A stretch of DNA of 64,000 bases from a virus, in the IMG/VR virus record IMGVR_UViG_3300048928_000639, positions 4,045 through 68,044 of that record. The stretch is one strand, 5' to 3'. The position numbers were made by a program, and so were the translations under genes. The notes beneath the pieces were generated by a model. It made no database searches and was not told the origin of the DNA. It was given only the letters and a program-made list of their open reading frames with translations. Position 1 is the first letter of the stretch. Each line of letters starts with the position of its first letter. Positions 1 to 8,293 of the stretch are shown here, piece after piece.

Positions 1-154
1 GCCGCGTCAAAGCTCCCCGAAAGAAGAAGTGGTCATGCGTATCTCCATGCGGAATCGACCGCGGGGGGGGTTCCGGGCGGTCATGGTGGTCATCAGGTTT
101 AGATTGGTCGCCCGCGCCCTTCTGGGCTACGCTGGAGCGTCAGAGATCTCTACT

Positions 155-1240
155 CTAGGCTTCTGAATATGCCGTAATGCTAGGAACAGGCTGAGGTACT
201 ATCCTCGTGCCTAGATATCGGAATCGTGACTCTACAAATCGGAAGTTCATATCGCTAAGTACGGCGGTAAATACCAACGCAACAGCGCAGCGAATTAGGA
301 CATTGGAATCCGGAGAAAACTGAACAAACATCTCGCGAGTGAGCATGAACATCGGCATATGCACCAAGTACAAACTATATGATCGCGACCCGACAAATAC
401 CAAGGCGGCTTTGACTGGGCTTTCTCCCATAAAGTAGGACTTGTTATACGATGCGACCCAGACCATGACGGCACTAATGACCGTAACCACACTCAAGCTC
501 CGGGCGAACGGTTGAGACGCCGCCCACGCCAATGCTGCGATGAGAGCCACAGAAAAGATCGGGCGCAGCCAGAAGTGCCGCAGCATCACGGGTTCTATTT
601 TATGATATGTAATAGTTTGAGAAAACATCGAGAGCAGAACACCGAGCGCCAAAGCGTCTGACTTTACCATATTCTCTATCGAGAAACCGGGGGTCCGCAG
701 CCACACCATCTGAGCGGCAACTAGCGCAGACAATACGAACAGAAACCATTTGCGCGGCAAAAATAGAACGATGGGTAGGATGAAATAAAACTGCTCTTCA
801 AGGGACAGAGACCAGTACTGCGGGGCTTCCCCACAGACATACTGTCCACTTCCGCACAAGTGCAGATTGAAGTTTGCAATAAAGAGCAACGCCGCCGCGG
901 CGTCTCGTAAGGTGGGGCCAACTGCGTCTTTTCCAAGGATAGCAACAAGGACCACTGAGATGGCTAGCCACACCCAAGCAGATGGAAGGATCCGCCATGC
1001 TCTCCGTTTCCAGAAACTAGCGAGAACTGTCCAGTCCATGCTGGACTTCAAGAGACCCCGTGAAATGACAAATCCAGAAATGACAAGGAAAAGATCTACG
1101 CCGGACCAGAAAGCAAAGAATGGAATAGCCCAATTATGTGCCGGAGCGACAGCAGTGAAGTGCTGGTACAACGTAAAGAGAATTGCGACCGCTCGCAAAA
1201 CCTCAATGTCATAAATCTTGCCCACTCTTGTGGATCGCAT
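155..1240 (-). CDS. Acyltransferase-3 family (OafA-like) membrane O-acetyltransferase
   Basis: DIEVLRAVAI, GVDLFLVISGF, FWKRRAWRILP, WSLSLEEQFY, SYSLYLVH motifs; many hydrophobic segments; visibly AT-richer. Confidence 0.9.
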   Translation of the reverse strand: MRSTRVGKIYDIEVLRAVAILFTLYQHFTAVAPAHNWAIPFFAFWSGVDLFLVISGFVISRGLLKSSMDWTVLASFWKRRAWRILPSAWVWLAISVVLVAILGKDAVGPTLRDAAAALLFIANFNLHLCGSGQYVCGEAPQYWSLSLEEQFYFILPIVLFLPRKWFLFVLSALVAAQMVWLRTPGFSIENMVKSDALALGVLLSMFSQTITYHKIEPVMLRHFWLRPIFSVALIAALAWAASQPFARSLSVVTVISAVMVWVASYNKSYFMGESPVKAALVFVGSRSYSLYLVHMPMFMLTREMFVQFSPDSNVLIRCAVALVFTAVLSDMNFRFVESRFRYLGTRIVPQPVPSITAYSEA

Positions 1241-1273
1241 TATTTTCCACCAAATAGGACAATAATCGTCCAT

Positions 1274-2435
1274 CTATCTATAATAGGTGATAAGCCCCTG
1301 CAGCACAACCGAGGTTGTTAGCATTTCGACAGTTAGGGACACAGCAGGCGACCCCGTCGCGCTGGTAGAGACCAGCGGCGCAGAGGTAGATCCTGGAGTG
1401 ACAAACCCGCTCAACTGGGTCTGCCCGGCGCCGGCATTAACGCCCTGATAGTTGGTAAGACCGACATAGCCGCGCGTTAATGTTGATGAAGCCGGGAATG
1501 GCAGGCCAGATAAAGACAGCGCTCCTGAGCCCCCGCCGGTCCCCGAAAGGTAAAGATAGAACAGCGCCTGAACGACATGACCGGTTACGGTATAAGAGCC
1601 TTCCTGAATGGCATACGTCGGGGAGCCGCCTCCCGCGCATATCAAAATTGGCGTCCACGGCAAGGGCGCTCCACCTACCTCATTGCCATTAATAAATAGA
1701 GGACCTGGCACTTTCACTGCATGCGTTGAATCGCCAAGTTCGATTGCGTCTTGCGTATCGATTTTAATCAGTGGATGAAGATCGATCCCGTTGGCGCCAA
1801 GGCCCAGTAGCGGGGAATTATTTGGAGCCGTAGCCCAAGCACCCGAAAATGCAGCTTTGTGAAACTCCACACCGTACCGGTGCTGTTCAACACCGCCAAC
1901 TATGGATTTCGCCCCGGAATTATCGTCATAAAATACGGTGTCGAACACTGAGCTTACGCTGAAGACGGAACCGTATAGTGACCCGATACCTTGCGTTCCG
2001 ATGTGCCAAGCATATGCGGCTATTTTATTCGCTCCGCCTGTCGCAAAAACTACGCCATATTGCGCGTTTGAGCTGTTTGGGGGGGCCGGCATCCGCACCG
2101 GAAAAGTTGTTGTTGTTGAACTCGTAGCACGTCAAAAGCCTACGGAATCCTGTGTCTGCTACACAAACAGTATTCCTTCCGTAGATGTTCCCCCCATCCT
2201 TACGCCCGATGACAACGTCAAACCACCCCATGCCGAATACGTTGTAAGGGTCATTTCCGCCGACTGCGTGGTCAACCGCGATCTGCCCGCCGACCGTAGG
2301 CTTCGTCGGGTCGGCTGTCGCAAAAACCGAACTGTACCACATATTTGCGGTGACACTTGCGCCAAACCAGTTGTTAGGGACCGCCGTCGTCGGCGCTCCA
2401 ACTGTCTCTATGGTCTGAGTTTGCATCAGTGACAT
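1274..2435 (-). pseudogene. Tail fibre/spike-like gene split by a one-base frameshift in a C7 run (ORFs 2025-2435 and 1274-2098)
   Basis: Removing one base from G7 at 2079-2085 fuses ...FSGADAGPP to NSSNAQYGVVF...; C-terminal WTPIL...QEGSYTVTGHVV resembles tail-fibre tip domains. Confidence 0.6.
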
Positions 2436-2444
2436 ATACTAACC

Positions 2445-4070
2445 TCACATCATCAGGGTAAAGGTGAGCGTGTTGTCAGCAGTATTATTGAAGGCGTTGG
2501 CGTTGGTTCCATCGCCTATTTCATTCGCCGAAACTATATGAAACCCAAAAGCAGCGACGCTGTAATTTGTCGAGCCGGTAGCTAGAATGGGCACAGTTCC
2601 AGACGAAGAATATGCGGCTATCTTCGTCGATACGACGGCTGCAGTATTATCGTAGCCGATACCGCAGACAGCAGAAGCGTTGGCCGCGCCGCTTGCCACT
2701 GCCGCTGCACTGTAAATGGCGATGAAGGAATCTTCTGCCATTCCGGATACGAACGACACTTGGTTACCAGCGCTGCCTCGCGCTTGCCTAGTTATCGCAG
2801 TCGCGTATCCGTAGGATGCTCCGCTATCTTTTGAGAAAGAGACCGCATGGTGGCGGTTATACATATTCCAGATGCCTAGAAACCCCGCGACACCGCCAGA
2901 ACCAGATCCGCCGATGATCCAGTTGAGCTGGGAAGACGGATCGCTGCGCGTGGTCCCGACGTAGGTGCCGCGGCTCGCCGCAGGGCCGTTTGTGATGCTG
3001 GCGTTGTTCAGGAGAACGCCGTTGACCATGACGAGCGTAGTTCCTGCGGAGCGCGTCGTGTCGTTCGTCCAATCAGGACCGTGAGTCAGTCGCCGCGTTC
3101 CACTGTCGTCCCAGACGAACCAATCGTTGAGCTTGCTAGCACCGATTGCCGCAGGATTCTTGGTGGTGTCGGTTGTTGCTACCGACAACTCCGAGAACGC
3201 AGTCGGAACCATGTTCGTGCCGTCGTAAAGCGGGATCTGGTTTCCGACGTATGGCGTATAATAGATCGCACTTTTTGCGCTCTGCGTCGTCGTCATCACC
3301 GGGACGCCAGTCTGTAGAGTCAATCGCCCCTGTGGTGGCGAAACGAACTGAAGATTCGCGGCTGCCTGTCCACGCTGCGTCGCAGTCAGCGATTGTGCTA
3401 TGTCCGTCCGCACGAAATCCGTATCTGCGCGCACTGCTGCAGTTCCGAGATCACCACGTAGTTTTAATGATTGATAGTTCGTCCCGTCCGACCAGATCAG
3501 CGCGCCCTGGTTTTGTGCCAGCACAAGGGTTGTAACCCCATCGATCGTCGAGGTGGCCGGTGTGATGGTGACGGAACCCGCGCCTTTATTCTTCACCCAG
3601 ACGGCCCAGCCATCCATGAACAGGTTCGACACTGACGCTTGCGCCAGCGACACAGCGATTGCGCTTGCGTTGCTATAGGTGACGACGAAACCGAGATCGC
3701 TATTGTTCAGCGTGTCAGTCGTTCCGGTCACCGCGCGGGTACCGCGCACGCCGTCCATGTCGTCAGCCGCCTCAATGAAACGGACTTGCGCCGTACCGGA
3801 CAGTGTGATGCGTGACGTTCCGAGGGTGCCGCTGATGCGCGAGGCCAATACCGTCGTGCGCGCGAGAGACGTGCCGGACGCAGTGTAGACGCCCTTGCCA
3901 AGCTCCCAGTTGTTGCCGTCCACGATCAGGTAGGTATAGGTCCGCCCATCTATGGCGCCCGCTTCGGACGGAAGCATGAACAGTTGCGAATACGCCGCGC
4001 CGAGCGTGATGGGAGTCGAGTTTCCGGTCGCGCTCGTGAGAACGCGAACAAGATTGACCTTGTGCGACAT
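2445..4070 (-). CDS. Tail fibre protein
   Basis: 541 aa, Thr/Gly/Ser-rich; N-terminal WELGKGVY...LARTTVLAS module, PQGRLTL segment; located in tail-fibre cluster. Confidence 0.75.
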   Translation of the reverse strand: MSHKVNLVRVLTSATGNSTPITLGAAYSQLFMLPSEAGAIDGRTYTYLIVDGNNWELGKGVYTASGTSLARTTVLASRISGTLGTSRITLSGTAQVRFIEAADDMDGVRGTRAVTGTTDTLNNSDLGFVVTYSNASAIAVSLAQASVSNLFMDGWAVWVKNKGAGSVTITPATSTIDGVTTLVLAQNQGALIWSDGTNYQSLKLRGDLGTAAVRADTDFVRTDIAQSLTATQRGQAAANLQFVSPPQGRLTLQTGVPVMTTTQSAKSAIYYTPYVGNQIPLYDGTNMVPTAFSELSVATTDTTKNPAAIGASKLNDWFVWDDSGTRRLTHGPDWTNDTTRSAGTTLVMVNGVLLNNASITNGPAASRGTYVGTTRSDPSSQLNWIIGGSGSGGVAGFLGIWNMYNRHHAVSFSKDSGASYGYATAITRQARGSAGNQVSFVSGMAEDSFIAIYSAAAVASGAANASAVCGIGYDNTAAVVSTKIAAYSSSGTVPILATGSTNYSVAAFGFHIVSANEIGDGTNANAFNNTADNTLTFTLMM

Positions 4071-4086
4071 GATTATTCCTTGGGAG

Positions 4087-4884
4087 TTAGGATGCGATAG
4101 CGAGGATGCGGAGTTTGCGGGTGCGACCGTCGATCTCGGGTCGGTAAGTGACGACCGAGACGGGCGCGTAGGGCGGACTGATCGTCTTGCCGGTGGTGAT
4201 GAATGGTGGCTTGACTGAGACGGCTACTAGAGGGGACATCAGAACGACGCGACTCGATAGCTCCCCTTCACCGATGGAAAATTGACCGATCGAGGATGAA
4301 GCGATTTCGCCATATGGCGTCACCATCGTGATGGTGTTACGTGCGTCGATGTAGTTGCCGCCGAGGATTGATGGCGGACTAGTCGTAACTGCTACCGATA
4401 CCGCTGGCGGGCGATTGTTCGAACTGATGGAAATGCCGGGATTGAACCCCGTCACCATCACATTGGCTGCGGTAGGAGCAACCGACTTTCCCGCAGTGAT
4501 AAACGGTGCACTCTTGGTAACTGCGACCGCAGCCGCCCCGGCCGTTACCAGTTTGCCGGCGGCGACAAGTGGTGCAGCCGTGGATACCGCCACAACAGCA
4601 GCGCTAACCGTGACTGTTGCACTGATCTGAATGCTACCGGCTACAGTCATCACCGTGACTGCGGCAGCGTCTGGTTTGATCGTTGCGCCCGTCAGGATAT
4701 TCGGCGCGACAAGCGCGACTGTGACGGTTCGCCCGCTGGGGGAAACTGAGCCGCCGCCATGGATGACCGGCGCCGCAGTGATCGCTGCAACGGCTATACC
4801 CGCCGGCGCATAGACAATTGCGTCGGCTACGTCGCCTGATAGTTCGCCAATTGCTCCTTGGCCTATCGCGTCGAAGCCGATCAT
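4087..4884 (-). CDS. Putative virion structural protein (Ala/Val/Thr-rich repeats)
   Basis: MIGFDAIGQGAIGE start, repeated P-x-V-x-V-x-x-x-x-P units, tail cluster. Confidence 0.6.
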   Translation of the reverse strand: MIGFDAIGQGAIGELSGDVADAIVYAPAGIAVAAITAAPVIHGGGSVSPSGRTVTVALVAPNILTGATIKPDAAAVTVMTVAGSIQISATVTVSAAVVAVSTAAPLVAAGKLVTAGAAAVAVTKSAPFITAGKSVAPTAANVMVTGFNPGISISSNNRPPAVSVAVTTSPPSILGGNYIDARNTITMVTPYGEIASSSIGQFSIGEGELSSRVVLMSPLVAVSVKPPFITTGKTISPPYAPVSVVTYRPEIDGRTRKLRILAIAS

Positions 4885-4887
4885 GGC

Positions 4888-5322
4888 TTAATAACTGAAC
4901 TTTACGATGCCGTTGGTGGCGTCCCAGACAATCTTGAAGTCAGTGGTGTCGCCCGCCGATTGCGCCTGACCGAAGTCGATATAGACAAGCGGCTTGTTGC
5001 TGGTGCTATCGTAAACCAGGGCCGCGTAGGCCGGGCCGATCGAACCGCCGGACGCGGTCTGCGTGACGTTGTCGGCGGAGAGCACCGCATCGTTGGTGGT
5101 GACCTGCGTGACCGCGACCGTGGTCAGGGTCTTGCCGCCAGATGTCCAGCCGTTGCCCGAGACTTCTTTGGCTCCGGACCCGTCGACCGAAGCTACGGTC
5201 GTCTGCGACGCGGTGAAGCTCGCGGTATTGTCCAGGAGTTTAACCTTCACCGTGGTGTAGGTGACTTCCTTGTTGACGATGAGTTTGACGGTGTGGTCGT
5301 AGAGCGACATGGTGACGGCCAT
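4888..5322 (-). CDS. Putative virion structural protein
   Basis: EVSGNGWTSGG...YIDFG pattern typical of phage tail-associated proteins; RBS-like element upstream. Confidence 0.6.
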   Translation of the reverse strand: MAVTMSLYDHTVKLIVNKEVTYTTVKVKLLDNTASFTASQTTVASVDGSGAKEVSGNGWTSGGKTLTTVAVTQVTTNDAVLSADNVTQTASGGSIGPAYAALVYDSTSNKPLVYIDFGQAQSAGDTTDFKIVWDATNGIVKFSY

Positions 5323-5379
5323 AGGGGAGTCCTTCCGAGCAAGAGCGGTGTCAGTTCAGGGGATGAAGTAGCTTGGGCG

Positions 5380-6324
5380 TTAGCGGTAACCGGTCAGCGT
5401 GATGCCGATGCCAGACAAGGTCGCATCGCGGGGCGTCGGCGCGGCGATGGTGAGAATGTCGCCAGGTGCGAATGCTGTATTGGAGGCGCAAGCCAGCGTC
5501 GCGAAATTGACCCCGATCGCGAACGTGATCGTCGCGAACTGTGTGCCGTTCTTTTTCACCGAGTAAACGGCACTGGCGGTCGATGCGATGGTCGCGTGTG
5601 CGTAGCTCGCAGCGAGCCCGGCGTAGAACGTCGTTGCCTCCGGGCAGATCCACTTGAGGACTGTTTCACCCGTGTCCGGTCTGTCGCTGTCATCCATTGC
5701 CAGATAGACGGTGTCGCCACCGGCGACGATCTGCGTCCACCATGTTGGACTAGTTGACGGAAGGTGATTAAGGTTGCCTGCCTGCAGCGATAGGTACAGT
5801 TTGCCACCAAACGAAACGAGCGCCCGCGCGCCGTAGGTCGTCGCTGCACTATACGGGGTCGAGTCAAACGAGACGGGATTACTGATACCCTGGTAGGCCC
5901 AAAGCCCATCGATCTTCAGCCACTCCTTGCCGGTCGACGGCTGACGAGCGTACTGCCCCTCGTCACCGCGTGACGGGTCCGGTACCAATTCGTCAGGCCC
6001 GACGAACCAAAAGAAACCTTCCTTGTTGAGCGCCGCAACGAGCGTCGAGACATCCTTGGCAGCTTCCACACCAACGACGCGGGACGGAAAGTTCTGGACG
6101 ATAGTGTAAGCGACGTTGGTCAGCGCGCCGACATGCGGGACCGCCATCGTCAGGTGCGTGACGTCGGTGACATCAGTGATCTCGATGCCGGGCAGAAGGT
6201 TGTTCAAATAGATAGTGTCACCAACCTTGACGTTGGTGCCCGACCAAATGGTCCCGACACCAGTGATCATAGCGGAGCCGTCCGACACGGAAACCGTGCC
6301 GGTCGTGTAGGTTTGGACGGTCAT
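5380..6324 (-). CDS. Tail fibre-like protein with CBM5/12-like carbohydrate-binding segment
   Basis: YTTGTVSV...ITGVGTIW N-terminus; YSAATTYGARALVSFGGKLYLS...PTWW. Confidence 0.65.
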   Translation of the reverse strand: MTVQTYTTGTVSVSDGSAMITGVGTIWSGTNVKVGDTIYLNNLLPGIEITDVTDVTHLTMAVPHVGALTNVAYTIVQNFPSRVVGVEAAKDVSTLVAALNKEGFFWFVGPDELVPDPSRGDEGQYARQPSTGKEWLKIDGLWAYQGISNPVSFDSTPYSAATTYGARALVSFGGKLYLSLQAGNLNHLPSTSPTWWTQIVAGGDTVYLAMDDSDRPDTGETVLKWICPEATTFYAGLAASYAHATIASTASAVYSVKKNGTQFATITFAIGVNFATLACASNTAFAPGDILTIAAPTPRDATLSGIGITLTGYR

Positions 6325-6332
6325 GGTGATCC

Positions 6333-6662
6333 TTACGGCGTCGGGATTTCGTCGGGTGTCGTGGCCGCAGCGATTGCCAGCATGAGCTGCTGTCGCTTCA
6401 GTTCGCGCTCGGCGGCATTGTCTGGCTTGCCAGCGACGTCGATAGCAAACGCGATGGTCGACACGCCGCGCATTTCAGCTTCGGCGGTAAACCATGCGGG
6501 AGCCGCGCCGCCAGCAAGCAAAGTCGCTGCAGCGGTTCGTTTAGCGGCGTGAGCCTGGTCGCGATGCACCTCTTTGGTCGCAAGTGCGTTAAAGTGCTCG
6601 TTGATCTTTTCCACCGCAGCGGCGCGGCGCACTGGCATCGAGTCCGGGTTTGTCCGCCTCAT
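6333..6662 (-). CDS. Hypothetical tail-associated protein (possible fibre chaperone)
   Basis: Translationally coupled (ATGA) to 6659-7084; helical; AIAAATTPDEI ending. Confidence 0.5.
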   Translation of the reverse strand: MRRTNPDSMPVRRAAAVEKINEHFNALATKEVHRDQAHAAKRTAAATLLAGGAAPAWFTAEAEMRGVSTIAFAIDVAGKPDNAAERELKRQQLMLAIAAATTPDEIPTP

Positions 6663-7084
6663 GCCGTCGCCTCGATGTCCAGTTTGAACGTCTGGTAGGG
6701 CCATCGATCGATGATGACCTGCATTTTGCAGGGCACCAGAGATGGCACTTCCAGATCGGGGTCGTCGAGGGTTCCGCTATCTATCACGAAGCTGTCTGCC
6801 ATTACTGCAAAGGTTGCCCCGATCGGGCACCCGCGCAGGATCGCTGCATCCACACCGCCGGCCTTGATGATCGTCCTGGACACAACAATGAACATCTGCG
6901 GGCGCTCTTTCAGCGACCCATTTCGAACGTGCCACTGCTCGGGCGACGGCAACGCCATGGTATCTTTCATGACAAATTTGTAGCCTAGGTCGAGCAACTG
7001 CTTGTCGTAGCCATCGGGCTCATAGACCTTGTTGGCTTGGGTGATTCGTTCATCTTCATGGACAGCGAACAGCATCAAATTCAC
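6659..7084 (-). CDS. Hypothetical tail-associated protein
   Basis: Coupled ORF within the tail operon. Confidence 0.55.
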   Translation of the reverse strand: MNLMLFAVHEDERITQANKVYEPDGYDKQLLDLGYKFVMKDTMALPSPEQWHVRNGSLKERPQMFIVVSRTIIKAGGVDAAILRGCPIGATFAVMADSFVIDSGTLDDPDLEVPSLVPCKMQVIIDRWPYQTFKLDIEATA

Positions 7085-7518
7085 CCGATGTTTCTGAAGA
7101 TGCAGAAATTCACATATATCGTGGAGTCGAATATGAGAACGCCGTCGCGATATACGTTGCGTGAAAAATTGATCGCAAAAAACTGGTTGCTTGCGATGAT
7201 GCCGCCGAAGCCCGCATTGCCGGTGTCGTGATAAACCGTTTTCGACACGTCAAATGAGTTGCGACCGCTGACCACAAAGATCGGAGACTGCCCCGCGGGC
7301 GACGCGATCACAGCAGGACCGGGAGTTACCCACGCTGGGGCGAGATTGTCTGGCTCTAAGGGAGTGGCGACTACGTAGCCCGTTCCCCAAATCCGAAGCG
7401 GAGACTGGTTTCCGTCGAACAACAGATCAAACTTGTCCGCAGACCCAGCATCCGTGCTGCCGCCGCTCACCCTGAACGGTGATGCGCTGCTACCTTGCAG
7501 AACAACTCGGCGGCTCAC
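7081..7518 (-). CDS. Minor tail protein (paralogue 3)
   Basis: MSRRVV...FRVS..G.DA...LLFD; ATGA overlap. Confidence 0.6.
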   Translation of the reverse strand: MSRRVVLQGSSASPFRVSGGSTDAGSADKFDLLFDGNQSPLRIWGTGYVVATPLEPDNLAPAWVTPGPAVIASPAGQSPIFVVSGRNSFDVSKTVYHDTGNAGFGGIIASNQFFAINFSRNVYRDGVLIFDSTIYVNFCIFRNIG

Positions 7519-7916
7519 CCAAGCACCTGATTGTATACCGCATATGTCATTTTTGTTGGTCCGCTAAGAGTCATGGACGCGCCACCGCCGTTGATCGTCG
7601 CCGATGAGGCAGCGTGTGTATAACTACCCATTGCGGAGGGAGATGGCCGAAGCGGACCGACATAACTCTCGTATCCGAAGATGCCGTCCATGCTGCTATA
7701 GCTTGTGAGAAACACAATTGGCACTCGCGTCAATCCGAGCGCTACGGTTGTCGATCCGCCGACATACCCGAGCATAAGAAGCTGTGCGACTTTGCTCGAA
7801 ATGTTTAGGATAAGCTGTTCGTCGCTGGCCGTCAGTGCGTCGATCCCAGCGGGGGAAACGAATACGCCCATTTCACCATTGGCTCGCTTTCCAACGACTG
7901 CGCGCCGAACTGTCAT
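7515..7916 (-). CDS. Minor tail protein (paralogue 2)
   Basis: RRAVVGK...GVFVSPAGIDA...EQLILN. Confidence 0.6.
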   Translation of the reverse strand: MTVRRAVVGKRANGEMGVFVSPAGIDALTASDEQLILNISSKVAQLLMLGYVGGSTTVALGLTRVPIVFLTSYSSMDGIFGYESYVGPLRPSPSAMGSYTHAASSATINGGGASMTLSGPTKMTYAVYNQVLG

Positions 7917-8293
7917 TGTACAGGTGCCGGGATGCGCCAGACGAGATACACCAGGCCAAAGGTGCCGCTGGCCGCCTGTGCGACGAACCCGTCCGTAGAA
8001 ATGTTAGACCCGTTGAAGCCAGAGACTGTCGCCGAAATGTAGTCATCATAGACTGTCGTCCCATCGAGCCTGCGTACTTCCATAAATGGCTTGTACCCAA
8101 GGTTCGGGAACGGGATCTTGGAAAAACTGGACGTCGCGATACCAACCTGATGTATCTTTGCGATGTCCGTCCAGTTGGAGTCGAACGACATCTGGTCATC
8201 CGAGCCAAACGCGGCGTCTGCTCCCGGTAGCGAGCAGCGAAGCCCGAACGTGCCGTCGTTGTACTTTCCGAGGATCGCGCGGCGAACTGCCAT
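7913..8293 (-). CDS. Minor tail protein (paralogue 1)
   Basis: RRAILGK...GLRCSLPGADA...DQMSFDS. Confidence 0.6.
   Translation of the reverse strand: MAVRRAILGKYNDGTFGLRCSLPGADAAFGSDDQMSFDSNWTDIAKIHQVGIATSSFSKIPFPNLGYKPFMEVRRLDGTTVYDDYISATVSGFNGSNISTDGFVAQAASGTFGLVYLVWRIPAPVQ

Noticed and set aside
1-36. Possible start of an endolysin gene on the minus strand (GGAG RBS, MTTSSFGE...)
   Set aside because: Stops after 9 codons unless an indel is assumed, and runs off the window; cannot be supported
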